Positions 11,215 to 23,700 of a stretch of 64,000 nucleotides of DNA are shown here, piece after piece (within the stretch, counting starts at the first letter, position 1; each line of letters starts with the position of its first letter). This DNA is from Octopus sinensis. Taxonomy: Eukaryota. The position numbers were made by a program, and so were the translations under genes. The stretch covers positions 31,496,001-31,560,000 of the forward strand of contig NC_043008.1 in assembly GCF_006345805.1 (NCBI RefSeq), read 5' to 3'. Under the pieces are notes generated by a model, which worked only from the letters and a program-made list of their open reading frames with translations, did no database searches and was not told the DNA's origin.

Positions 11215-11355
11215 ATATGGCTATGATGCTCTCCAAACTACTCCTGCTCATGATGAAAGATGCACATATCGTCAGCCAGTATGAGACATGCTCAAGTGAG
11301 TATGGTCCAGCAGCTGACAAGCAAATCTGTGGTATTGAGCAGAATATTTACTACG
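11215..11355 (-). mobile_element. Fragment of the repeat family at 27097-27660
   Basis: Reverse complement matches TCTGCTCAATA..CACAGATTTGCTTGTCAG..GCATCATAGCCAT(G/A)TGTTGAGAGG. Confidence 0.7.
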
Positions 11356-12424
11356 ACGATATTTCTGCTTCAGCAACTCAGCATTGAACCTGTCTGAAAT
11401 GTAATGGAAAATAGATCAGTTTCAAAATATTGATGTCCAACTCACAAAAACAAAGTTTAAAGGGAATGGTAATCATTTCCTTTGATTTCTGGATAGAAGC
11501 AAATAGGAAATAACACTTAGTGACTGAAGACAAAAAATAAATAAATAAATAAATAAAATTTTGTAACACAGTGTTATTTAGTCTAAGAAGGCAACGCGCT
11601 AGTAGAATTGTTAGCACGTCCGGCAAAAATGCTTTGCGGTGTTTATTCTTAACTCATTACGCTCTGAGTTCAAATTCCACCGAAGTCGACTTTGTCCTTC
11701 ATCCTTTTGGTGTCGGTGAAATAAGTCCCAGTCAAGTAGTGGTGTCAATGTAGTTACCTTGACTCACTCCCCTCAAAATTTCTGGCCTTGTTCCAAAGTT
11801 AGAAAGAATTTAGTACTGAGAACAATACTTCATGTGATTACTTTGATGAGAAAATGCTGAGGTGTGCATTTGCAAGAATTGTGGGAGCAAGAAACGTTTT
11901 GGCAATGTAATTCTACACTCCCAGAACCTATGAGGAATTGACTGCTTCTTTTTAATCTTACGCTGTATACACATATATCATAGTTTCAAATAAATCACAA
12001 TTTTTATGAACAGTCATTAAGCTCTTTTGGTGAAAAGTACATCGTCGTGGCGACTAATTATGAAATATCCTGCAGAGTACTACTGTGTCTGATTACCGAA
12101 TATGTATTCTCCAAGGAAGTTTTTTTTTTCCATGTTGATCACTTTGAAGTAGCTTTTACAAGCAAGATAATTTCATTGGGTGGGTATATAACTGCTTATT
12201 TTTCAATACGTTAGTTCGTTCTTGACAATTTTCTTTTACTTTTTATCTAGCACCCTCTGACTGATAGCCGAGAGATAAAGTCTGCGAAACAGAGCATTTT
12301 GTAGCGGATGATATACTATAGAATATTTCAATATAAGTACACAGAAAATATTCAGAGCGTAAGAACATACATACATACATACATACATACATACATACAT
12401 ACATACATACATACATACATACAT

Positions 12425-12457
<33 letters not shown>

Positions 12458-13564
12458 ATATACGCATGTGTATGTATATTAACGCAATAGAAACAAATCA
12501 AGAAATATACCCACAAAGTTCGGGAAACCAATGGAGAATAAGGGTCACAGGAGTTCATGTTTAGGGACGGAAAATGATGATGGGCGCAGATAAGGACAAC
12601 GATTAGAACATACACCACACAGAAACGCTTGAATCAACGTGCTGTGAAAAGCGGCTTTGTACCCTGAAAGGTATTCGGATTCATAAGTCAGGATAGCGCA
12701 CGCAGAATCGTAATGCCAATCAGATGATATGCATTGATCGCACCCAGGAGACAAACCACAGTGATACGGCTAGCGCAACTGCAGAAGACAATGAGGGCAA
12801 GCGAGTAAAGATGGTCAAAAGTAGATGAACCCTCCACCTACAAGGAATTTGAAAGTGCAGTAATGAAGAAAAGAAGACCAAAATAAAGGGACTGATGGTA
12901 GAGAAAGTGCTCCAGACACTTGCCGATTCCAGTTCAATCTAAAATACTGGCGAAGAAATGTTTGGAACATTAAATGGAGACAACAAGAAGACGAATGTAC
13001 CAAAAAACAAAAGCAGGAGTTGCCTTACAGAAGCTGGGAGGAAGAAAAAAATTTCTGAAGGGTAGGTGGATTGAGGTAGTTATGGAGAAAAGCTACCATT
13101 GGAATTGTTCTATAATGATGTTAAGAAGCGCCTCTGCCAGCTGATGCGTATTAAGTAGAGGAGGGAAAGAAGTTGGCTCAGGCGACAGAACTGAAGAAAG
13201 TTTATCAAAAATCCTTTTACGATTACGAAAGGCCTGTGGTTAGGAGAGCAGAAACAGTAACCCGAACTGGAGACCCACTAGCGCAAAATCTATTGTGATT
13301 TTTTTTTCACTTGCGCAACATCTATTCGAGATACCCCAGTACTGCCAATGCAGGAGCAAAATTTGATCTTGGAAACTTCCGAGTGAAAGGACACCGAGTC
13401 TTTATCAAGATACATAAAAGTTATGATTTATTTGAGAACACGAAGTATGTCTATACAGCACATGAATAAGCAGAAATAATCGGCATCACTCCAGCTGCGG
13501 CTATCTATCATTTATTCAAACATAATGTGCGTTCAGCTAAATTATCGAGTGAGTTCTTAATGCA

Positions 13565-13660
13565 TCATTTTTTAAATAGTGGAGAGTGATTTGAGGGAGA
13601 TTCGACTGTTACTTTCAGCATATCGAGTAGCCTCACAGAGACTCCTTTGTTGGTTCATCT
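13565..13660. mobile_element. Dispersed repeat family C (GATTTGAGGGAGATTTGGCTGCTATTTCTAGCAGGTCGAG-like)
   Basis: Similar segments at about 24975, 25380, 33110 (reverse), 48795, 61915 and 63040 (reverse). Confidence 0.5.
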
Positions 13661-13939
13661 AATTGTAGTATCTTGTGCGTATGCACGTAAGCAGCATTTA
13701 AATTAGTGGATTCTGTAGCTATAGAATCTAGATCATATCTATGTAAGAATTCAGTTTAAGTGTTTTTTTAAGTATATTATTTGGGTTAGCTTACGGTTTG
13801 TTGCCATGCATCTTGTGTTCCGTTTTATGAGATTTTTATAATGTATACGATCATTTGGAGAGTCGTTAGAGAACTTAAGGAAAATAAAACTAATAAAGAC
13901 GGTAACATCTCCGCCTAAGACGCAGGAAGTCTGTTTGCC

Positions 13940-14790
13940 AATAAAACATCATTCTTCCTTCGACAGACAAAATGATACAAATAAATGCAAAATGCATATA
14001 GTTACACTGAGACAGCGAATGTCCACAACGATACAAATTATAAGTTGTAAAAATCCATACTTAGAAATGAATTTAGTTTCTCCTTCACAAACAAAGCATT
14101 AGATAAAGAAATCAACAGTATAAACTAAACACGAGTCAACAATGGGTACTCTAGTACATTAATAAATCTAGCTACATAACAACACAAATAAAACGCTGGA
14201 AATGTAAAATATATCATACGCCTTCTATATATGCACAAACCACACACATTATTATATGAATTAAATGCAGGATAACTGAAGAATACACGAATACGTTCTC
14301 AAACCTTCATAAAATTTAATAATATTCGTTATACGAAACTATAAACTAATAATATATTGATTTCAAATCTTATCCGAAAGGACAAAAGGTAATTTAAACT
14401 CAGAACGTTAAAGACAGACAAAATACCGCTAAGCATTTTGTTCGTATATTACGAAGCACAAACATTATAACCTTTAATAACAATAATAAAGTACAAACAT
14501 GCGAACTCGCGAACCAATAACTAATGATCAATGTAATTCATGAATTCAATGGTGAACGCGAAGGTGGTAAAATTCACGACTACAACTGTTATATTGACTA
14601 CATAAATGCAACATCTGATTTATCATGCGCTTACAACAAGAAGCAAATTTAATGCGCAACACAAAGCAAAACTAATTATGGAAACATTAGTAGACAACAC
14701 TTCTATGCGCTACAGACGGTAAATTATGGAAGCTTTCAATACTCATAAATCAGCACAATGCCAGAATAAACAAACAGACAACATATAAGG
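13940..14790 (+). pseudogene. Decayed Penelope-like element ORF end (post-RT linker plus GIY-YIG endonuclease)
   Basis: Frames give SECPQRYK (14014), SFTNKALDKEINSIN*TRVNNGYSSTLI (about 14080-14165), NVIHEF..NCYIDY (GIY-YIG-like, 14530-14600) and HKAKLIMETLVDNT..IMEAF..NKQ. Multiple stops and frameshifts. Confidence 0.6.
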
Positions 14791-15035
14791 TCGAAAACAA
14801 AGAAGAAATAAACACATGATTAATGACGTATAAATTTTCGAATATTGGCAGTAATGTTTGTCCCAATCATATTGACTCTTTTTACTATAAACAACAGCAG
14901 ATGATAAATTTAAGAACGTTATTTCCCCATCATAAAAAAAGCAAATAACGCATAGGAATCTATGAAGAAAAATAAAGACTTTATAAAAGATAAAACTAGA
15001 ACACAGTCGTGTATTCATCATGACATTTCCACATA

Positions 15036-15038
15036 GAC

Positions 15039-15120
<82 letters not shown>

Positions 15121-15207
15121 ATAGATACATACATACATACATACATACATACATACATACATACATACATACATACAGACAGACAGACATATACGTATAG
15201 ATAGACA

Positions 15208-15263
<56 letters not shown>

Positions 15264-15265
15264 AC
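15036..15265. repeat. Compound (ATAG)n-(ATAC)n-(AT)n microsatellite
   Basis: Direct read. Confidence 0.95.
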
Positions 15266-15800
15266 ACGCATACATATATGGATAGAATATAAAATACACT
15301 CTTTTCGTTATGTATTAGTGTGTTTATTTAATTGCTGCGATGCTGGAAGACAGCTAAAGATGTTATGATATGCTGATAAAACACATAGAAATTCCTGCTC
15401 TGAAAGGAATGCTGAATCCCAATCAGTACTCATATATAGTGTCATCTCGATGGGTATGACGCTGTTGTCTTGCTGAGCAATTTCATGGCTTCTGATACAA
15501 CGGCATGTGTCTGACCTTTACAATGTACTCTGTCTGGATTTGTGTTTTCCAACCAGGGTCATGCAGCACGTGTAGGTGTCGCTATCATAGCCAAGAGGCG
15601 CCTCACAAGAGTCTGATATGTAACTCTATATCAGTGATTCCTAAAGTGAGGGTTATTGTCCCATTTAGGAGTTAGAAAACTCAAAAGCAAGGTCGGGGAT
15701 GAGGGCGAGGGTTAAAGAATGCAAATTAGTAGGTCTTTGAAAAATTTCATATGCGTTAAGCGCAGTATTTTATTTAATGATTATTATAAATAATAATAAT

Positions 15801-16070
15801 ATGAAGAAGGTAAAGATAGTACCAATTATTGTTGAGTCCTTGGGAACAGTATCAGAATGCATCAAGAGAAATATAAAGGAAACTGGCATAGAGTGCCCAG
15901 TAGAAATGTTACAAAAGGTTTGCCTCCTTGGCACGGCCAGAATAATCAGGTAAGCATTAGATAACTGAAAAGAATAAATAGCATGGTACCGTGGGCTGCA
16001 GGTAGTAAGCTTGCTACACATGCAAGACTCCAGGAGCTCCAACAAAACTTGTGATAAAGAGAAAATAATG

Positions 16071-16137
<67 letters not shown>
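15801..16137 (+). mobile_element. 5-prime-truncated RLE non-LTR retrotransposon (R4/Dong-like) 3-prime end within (TAA)n
   Basis: VKIVPIIVESLGTVSECIKRNIKETGIECPVEMLQKVCLLGTARIIR matches the RLE C-terminal PIVxGxLG..LQK..LLGTA motif. TAA repeats on both sides. Confidence 0.7.
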
Positions 16138-16138
<1 letters not shown>

Positions 16139-16522
16139 TTCTTTTATTTGCCACCAGTGTGGGTCAATACAAAGACAGACATAAGATGTGGGGGTTTACA
16201 TAAAATGAAATGATTAAAAACGAAAAAGTTAATGTATACACGGTGTACGATAAAACAAAGAAGGGAAGTATACATAGAATACAAATGTTAAAATTTTTAA
16301 AAAGGATGATAGTGAAGCAGTCCAAATGATACAGGGGAGCCTCTAAGGATAATCGAAACATCTTTTATTGATTAATATATAATATTATATAATATGCATT
16401 CTTTGCCTCATAATTTTTTTATTTCAAACTCAAATTTCTAATCCCGCAAAATATTATAAAGAAATGATTATCTTCCTTGTAATAATTGTGACCACTAGAG
16501 GAACCAGACGGTTTTGAAATAG

Positions 16523-16573
<51 letters not shown>

Positions 16574-17569
16574 GTATATTTTATAGGTATAACCATTGCA
16601 CAACAGTATTGATGTGGCATTGTTCCGTCATCTATAAACAATCTTAATACGCCCATTTTCCAAAAGGTGTTTCCCTTTGGATTTATGAAACATTCAACAT
16701 TAAAATATTTCAACGGAAAAAAAAATTACAGAATTTATCTTATTTTAATGCATAGCTTTGCACACAACCGATATTGTCAACTACGTTTTGTCCACATCAG
16801 TGGAAGAAAACGAGGGGTTTCATTCGCTTTACAAAATCACTTTATTGATTGTCAAATTCAGTTATACTATCTAACAAATTGACAAAATATGCAAAGAAAA
16901 GGAAGGTATATTGTGCAATTTTTTTGAGGTAATCCTGTTTTCGTTATTACTGAATGAATCAACTTTAGTCAAAGTTTTACTGTTCGCTTACTTTCGGTTT
17001 ATGAAAAGAGAGAAAATAACTCTAGTTATTTTTTTTAACATCTTTTGTTTCTTGTTTTCCCTGTTATAATTGAAGACAAATTAGCCAGGGGACTGTGAAA
17101 TCTTGTATAAAAATAAATGGAGAATAGGACTTTTTTAAAAAACGGAAAGCGAGAAAAAGAAGAAAGAGAGAATTTTTAAAAAAAGACTACTCACTACTAC
17201 ACATCCAATCACCGATCACTCATAAAATATGAGTTATAGTATGCGCCTATAGTGCCACAAGCAGTAACAATAAAGGTTTACTTCACATTTGCAAACTTAT
17301 GGTAGAGCATCCACTTCTTATAAAACTCGTCTTGCTTACTTTTATTGTAAGATATGTTTATTTTTCAATAAGATACTTGTCCTGAACAAGGCATCTAAAA
17401 TGCTTGAGGCTAAGTATGGTACTTTGCTTTTATGTATAAAAAATTTTGCTTGTAATATTAGCAAGAATGGCGGTGCCCCAGCATGGCCACATCTCGTGAG
17501 CTGAAACTAGATGAAAATGAAAACTAAATGAAGTTAAGGATACTATCGGTATATGTGTTCTTTCTTAAC

Positions 17570-19400
17570 TCGAACACAATAAGCTATGGGTAAAAGTTCA
17601 TGTTGCGAACATTTAGGCATTTTTCAAGTAGCAGATCTAGGAAGCATTGCCAAAAGGCTTGTACGTGTCCACAATACCAAAAACAGGTGTGATACTGTCT
17701 CTAGTTCACGTTGTCAAAAAGTGCACAGGTTTGATCTTAAATAGGAGAGAATTAGTTGTTAAAATATTATGTATAATTCTGAATTGAAACCATCGCAATT
17801 TAGTATCCGTTGTGGTCTTTACAGGTAGTACAAATATTTTTCCCATTCCAGTTCAGCAAGCATACACTCTTCCCATTTATGTTTGAATTTTAAACAAACA
17901 TCAACTGTGCTTAAGACACAGCAATACCGTTTGGCTCCTTTCTTAACAGACATGAGCCTTCGGATAACTATTATCATCTAGTTGTTGAAAAGAAGTAGGT
18001 TTGTTTATCTTTAACCTTGCTTGGTAGCCTATAATGGCCCTGATAAGACCACTATACTGAAGAAAATTTGTACCTAGTTCAAAAACATTCTGGAAAATTT
18101 CAAGAGTGTGATATGATCCATGTAAGTTGAAAAAATCACGAATCTGCTGAACAACTCTTTCAAACCACGCAGAAAAAAAAATTACCTCTTTACCGACTTT
18201 TAAGTGTTTATTATAGTAAATTGGTTCTGATATAAATTTATCAAATGAATTAGGCTCTGTCTTATTTGTAAACTTATCAAAAGCAGAAATACAATCATGC
18301 CAAAAATCGTTCTTGATATCCATGGCGAGTTTACTCGGAAAAACGTTACCAAACACAGCTAAATTTTTCAGTTTTGGGGAGGATGTATAGCACTACTGTT
18401 TCCATTTGGATTCATAATTAAGGCGGCGAGCTGGCAGAAACGTTAGCACGCCGGGCGAAATGCTTAGCGGTCTGCCGCTACGTTCTGAGTTCAAATTCCG
18501 CCGAGGTCGACTTTGCCTTTCATCCTTTCGGGGTCGTTTAAATAAGTACCGGTTACGCACTGGGGTCGATATAATCGACTTAATTCGTTTGTCTGTCCTT
18601 GTTTGTCCTCTCTGTGTTTAGCCCCTTGTGGGTAGTAAAGAAATTGGATTCATAATCAATATCTAACAACTTTCTCATCCAGGATAGCTTTAAAGAGCTG
18701 ACATAAGCAGAAGTTTCCACCATACCAAGTCCATTTTCTTTAACAAGCTTACAAGCAATAACTCTCTCAATTTTATCAAGTTTTCCATGCCAGAGAAATT
18801 TAAATAATATTTTCGTTAATTCCTGGAGAAATTTACCCGTTGAATTTGGGAGAGTAAGGAAGAGAGAGTTCAATTTTGAACTGAGCAGTGATTTTATAAC
18901 ATCAATTCTAGAAGGTGGTGTAATTATTTTTTTCATCCATCTGTTGATTATTACTTGAATCTCAATAACCTGGACTTTTATTGTTCTTTGCCTTTTTCAA
19001 ACATTTCAAAAGTTCGTCTTGAGTTATTGGGCCTTCCAATGAGTCAGAATCTCCCTTACTAAGCCTATACAAATTCCTTCAGAAACAAAAGTTCATCAAG
19101 ATCACAATCCTTCAACACATGTTCCTTGGAAGAATACAATCTTTCGTAAAATGATGTTGCTTCAAGAACAATATTCTTTGTATTTTCTACAGCAGATCCA
19201 TTGTCTAGCTCTAACTGGGCTATGCCTTTGCTTACAAAATTCATATTTTCTAAATTGCAAAGATAACAGTTAACCTTCTCCCCTTCATCTATCCACTTGG
19301 CCCTTGAGCGAATTATAATGCCCTGCATTTTTGCTTTACGAATCTCTTCTAATTTCTTTCTTTTTTTCCCTCTAGTTTCTTAATTTCTTCAAAATTGGTA
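17570..19400 (-). pseudogene. L1/Tx1-clade LINE ORF2 remnant with the RT domain deleted
   Basis: QGIIIRSRAKWIDEGEK..FYERLYS; LEGPITQDELLKCLKKAKNNKSPG joined directly to W..IITPPSRIDVIKSLLSSKL..KFLW..GLG; zf-RVT-like KLRWFQFRIIHNILTTN..ETVSHLF. Confidence 0.85.
18419..18643 (+). mobile_element. Near-full-length SINE family B inserted in the L1/Tx1 remnant
   Basis: 13-bp TSD TTGGATTCATAAT at 18406-18418 and 18644-18656. Removing the insert restores LLDIDYESKWKQ in the LINE frame. Confidence 0.95.
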
Positions 19401-19564
19401 GAATGTGTCATACAAAACATTTTTTACTCTTAGTATTTTTGAGAAAAACTTATTTACGAAGTTATTTCACGTTAAAGTTCTCGTACTTCGATAATTTCAA
19501 CCTATCAATGACGTGTATTCAGCTGAATAAAATTATTGCCGTTGTTTGTCAACAACAACTATCA

Positions 19565-19721
19565 GCGGTGTATATTTCGTTTGTCACGGTTATTTATGAC
19601 ATCGTTCGTGCGTTTGTACTCGTTTTAAGGTTTTATGGTTGGGGCTAGGGTGTTAGGGTTATGGTTTTGGGGTTAGGATTAGGGTTGTTAAAAAAACCGT
19701 GACAAACGAAATATACACCGC
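19565..19721. mobile_element. 157-bp element with 27-bp perfect inverted ends and an internal TTAGGG-like tract
   Basis: GCGGTGTATATTTCGTTTGTCACGGTT is inverted to AACCGTGACAAACGAAATATACACCGC. Confidence 0.75.
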
Positions 19722-20034
19722 CGGAGAAAAAAATAGGAAAAAGATTCCACTTATGAATATAGTGACAGTTGCAACTGATGGATTTCAACCGAATGTAGGC
19801 TGCCAGAAGGAATTCATTGCAGTCTTTAAAACAAAGTGTATACCAAATGTATTGGAGGTGCATTGCGAGATTCATTGACAATATTTAGTCGCAAAAATAA
19901 TTTGCGCCACCTATTGTTGCTAAGAAATATTGTGCAGTAGTACAGCTGGTCCATTTTTCGCATTAATGAGCCAAATAATTTTAGATATTTCTGTAGTAGC
20001 TTTTTCGATTACACAATAAACTGAAAGAATCCTG

Positions 20035-20146
<112 letters not shown>

Positions 20147-20271
20147 GCATATATGGGTACAGGACGTCACGAACTGTGTAAAACAACATGAGGTACGTAA
20201 ACAAACGAGTTAAATACGCAAACATTTATATACATACATACATACATAAATGTATGTATGTGTGTATATAT

Positions 20272-20596
20272 AAAGACCCCCTTCGGTCATGAATGACCAT
20301 GGGATTGCACCTAGAAAGTTACCTTCCTAGATACAAGTCCGGGCAAGGTTGTTTATGGAAGGCCAGCAGTCGCCCATGCATACCGGCCTCCCTTCTCCAC
20401 GCCACCAGTGTTATCCAAGGGAAAGACAAAGGTCGATACAGCTTGACACCAGTAACGTCGCAACTCATTTCTACAGCTGAGTGAACTGGAGCAACGTGAA
20501 ATAAAGTGCCTTGCTCGAGAACACAACACGCAGCCCGGTCCGGGATTCGAGCTCACAACCTCACGATCGTAAGCTCGACGCTCTAACCACTGAGCC
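20272..20596 (-). mobile_element. SINE family D, full length (tRNA head, CORE-like body)
   Basis: Reverse complement: GGCTCAGTGGTTAGAGCGTC..GCTCGAATCCCGG..GAGCAAGGCACTTTATTTCACGTTGCTCCAGTTCACTCAGCTG. Confidence 0.85.
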
Positions 20597-20721
20597 TATA
20601 TATATATATATATATATATATATAACGGCAACGTTTACGAAAATAAACAAAAGACGAAGGCAGGTGGAGTACAAACAAACAAATGTATTAGTATGGCGCT
20701 CAGGAATAGAAATAGAACAAG

Positions 20722-20759
20722 TCTTTTACGTTTCGAGCCTACGCTCTTCGACAGAAAGA
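20722..20759 (-). ncRNA. Minimal type-I HHR-like motif, A6 to U core variant with an extra A after A9
   Basis: Reverse complement: TCTTT|CTGTCGA|A|GAGC gtag GCTC|GAAAC GTA^|AAAGA; palindromic helix III ACGT. Lies in a roughly 180-bp non-coding segment between (TA)n and (TG)n. Confidence 0.65.
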
Positions 20760-20819
20760 TACACAGAAAAAAACAAGGGGAGAAAAAAATGCGTGTGGGA
20801 GCTATGTATGTATGTATCG

Positions 20820-20907
<88 letters not shown>

Positions 20908-22619
20908 CATTATGTCTGTGTTTGTCTAGTAAAACAGACTGATAGAATAAGTACCAGGCTTTACAAAAAATAACAAGTACTGGGTTCGATAAATTTGACT
21001 AAATTTCTTCAGTGCGGTGCCCCAGCATGGCCGCAGTCTAATGCTAGAAACGAGTAAAAAAGATATAAAAATAAAGATGGTTTATGTTACATCGTTTTCC
21101 GAATTAAGTCTTATATCTCGAAACCAATTACCGACGTAAATTTAAGGTATGCTTGTACGTAAGTTGAGGTATACCTATACTCCTTTGAAAGAGAAAGAGA
21201 GAGAGGACATTTTACAGTTATTCAACGCTTAACTTGGTAGCGAAGTTAAGCAGTCACCCAGTCGAACAGCATCATACAGCCCCTGGGCTCCTTTAACTGC
21301 AATGATTCAAGCCAGATCTCAGTTTTGACGATAACTTTCTCCCTCTCCCCCTCACTCGTTGTCACAAAACTCCTCAAAGGTCATCGGCGCTGACCTTCCT
21401 CTTATAAGTCATTAAAAAAATTGCACGCAGTGGTTTATTCGAAAGAGCTTTCACAGGAGAAGAAAATTTTTTTTTCTTTTATTCTTTTTTTTTATACTTC
21501 TGTCATGTATCAGCTTACATTACTTGCTATTTCTCACATTAACCACGCCAAGCCTTCTCATCCTTCCAAACAAACTATGGGCTCTAAGAAGTCTTTGTGT
21601 TCACAATCAGGGATCAAAGGAGACACAAAGGCGAAGATGTGGGTTTCGTTTTTAGCTTCATTTTTATTTGCTTATTTTTTATTCCTTTCTTTTACTTGTT
21701 TAAATCATTTGACTGCGGCCATGCTGGAGCACCGCCTTAAAGGGTTTTTTTTCTTTTTAGTTGAAGAAATCTACCCCAGGTCTTTCATATAGACAACGCA
21801 TACATTTATACATACACCGTTTTTCTTGAGGTTATCATTTTTAATTGGGGTTCGCTTTCAGAAAGTGTTTGTATGGGTGAGTGTGTGATGGAATATGTGG
21901 GATGATGGGTGGGGTGGGGTTTATTTTAGTTGAGATGGCAATAATGCAGAGCAATGCTTCTCATACTTTTGCAATCATCAGCCTTATTGTTTTTGTAACA
22001 CTTTCTCCACGCTACCTTGCAATGATTCAACCTTTTCCCCATTTTTAACGTACACGCACACAATATCCGGTCGGAGTAATAAACTTCCAGGTATTAGATA
22101 GAGGCAAGTGAACACTTACAACAGCACCACCTTTCGATTAGTTAGTATTTGACACATTATCACTTGACCTTCGTTATTATGACCCAACCTTTTGCACTTT
22201 AGCACTTCAGTCAATCTCAGATATGCTTTGTACTTCGTGTACTCTACCGTAGCTACCAGCTGAAGTTTGTCTTTAAATTTCAATGTATAATTGTATTTTC
22301 ATGTTTTCACACACAAACACACTTACGGGCGCGCGCACACACACACACTCACATATTGATTTCTTAACCTACGTGTGAATTTACATGTCTGTTCATAGAC
22401 GGAATCAACAACATTCAAACATACATTTTCAATTCTAAAGTCAGGTCATTACCTAACGCTACAGGTACAGTGGCTGTCTTTAGTGAATGTATAGAAATAT
22501 TTTACTTGCATATGTGATATATATTCGGCTTAGTTTATTTATTGGTTGACCTTTTCAAGTTGATGTTCTTGCTGTTATTGTAATTCCGGTTAACACTTTA
22601 TCATATTACCCTTTCTTTT

Positions 22620-22839
22620 ACCTCTTTTATTTGTTTCAGTCATTAGACAGCAGCTATGATGGTGCGCCGTATTGAAGAACTTTTAGTCGAATGACTCCCA
22701 GTACTCTGTTTTCTTTTAAAATCCCATACTTACACTATTGATCTCTTTTGCCGAAGCGCTCAGTCACGGGGACTTAAACGCACCAACACTGGTTATCAAG
22801 TAGTGGTGGTGGTAGGGGGGAGACAAGCACATATACACA

Positions 22840-22884
<45 letters not shown>

Positions 22885-23060
22885 CATATTCACGACAGGC
22901 TTCTTTCAGTTTCTGTCCACCAAATCCACTGACAAGGCTTTGGTCGGCTCCAGGCTATAGTAGAAGACACTTGCCCAAGGTGCCACGCAGTGGGACTGAA
23001 CCGGGAACTACGTGGCTGAGGAGCAAGTTTCTTACAACACAGCCACTCGTGCATAGATAC
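22620..23060 (-). mobile_element. SINE family A
   Basis: Same layout as the other copies. Confidence 0.85.
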
Positions 23061-23269
23061 ACAGCCACACACAACCACGCAGACCCCCCCCCACACACAC
23101 ACAGCCACACATATATACACAAGCATACCATGCACGTATGTACAGTTGTAGACATGATTGTCTTGTAAAGAAGTATGTTTCGCAACTTCGTGGTTCTGGG
23201 TTCGATCTCACAGTACAGCATCTTTGACAGGCATTTTGTACGAGAGAATAAGATTACCAACGATTTTGT

Positions 23270-23500
23270 CTATAAAATTTCGTCTGGAAGACCGTCGGAC
23301 ACAATGAATATACAAACACATACATACACATACATACCCAATATATATATATATATATATACACACATACACACATATATATATAGACACATACACACAC
23401 TCACACACCCATATATTGTTTTGTTTATACATACGTGGGGGAAGCTCTTCGACATTTTTGCCTATAAAATTTCGTCCGGAACACCGTCGGACACGGACGA
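23270..23500. repeat. Tandem duplication, period about 192 bp, of CTATAAAATTTCGTC(C/T)GGAA(C/G)ACCGTCGGACAC plus microsatellite
   Basis: Copies start at 23270 and 23462. Confidence 0.8.
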
Positions 23501-23547
23501 ATACACATACACATAATACATATACATACTTAATATACATATATATG

Positions 23548-23624
<77 letters not shown>

Positions 23625-23658
23625 ATGTGTGTGTGTGTGTATGTATGTGTATATATAT

Positions 23659-23700
<42 letters not shown>

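Noticed and set aside
12480-13300. Possible decayed RTE/CR1 LINE (EFESAVM..GTDG-like traces)
   Set aside because: The motifs are too fragmentary to support a call.
23270-23500. Minus-strand GTCCG/CGGAC hairpin followed by GAAA, in two copies, as an HHR
   Set aside because: No core upstream, no palindromic helix III and no stem I.
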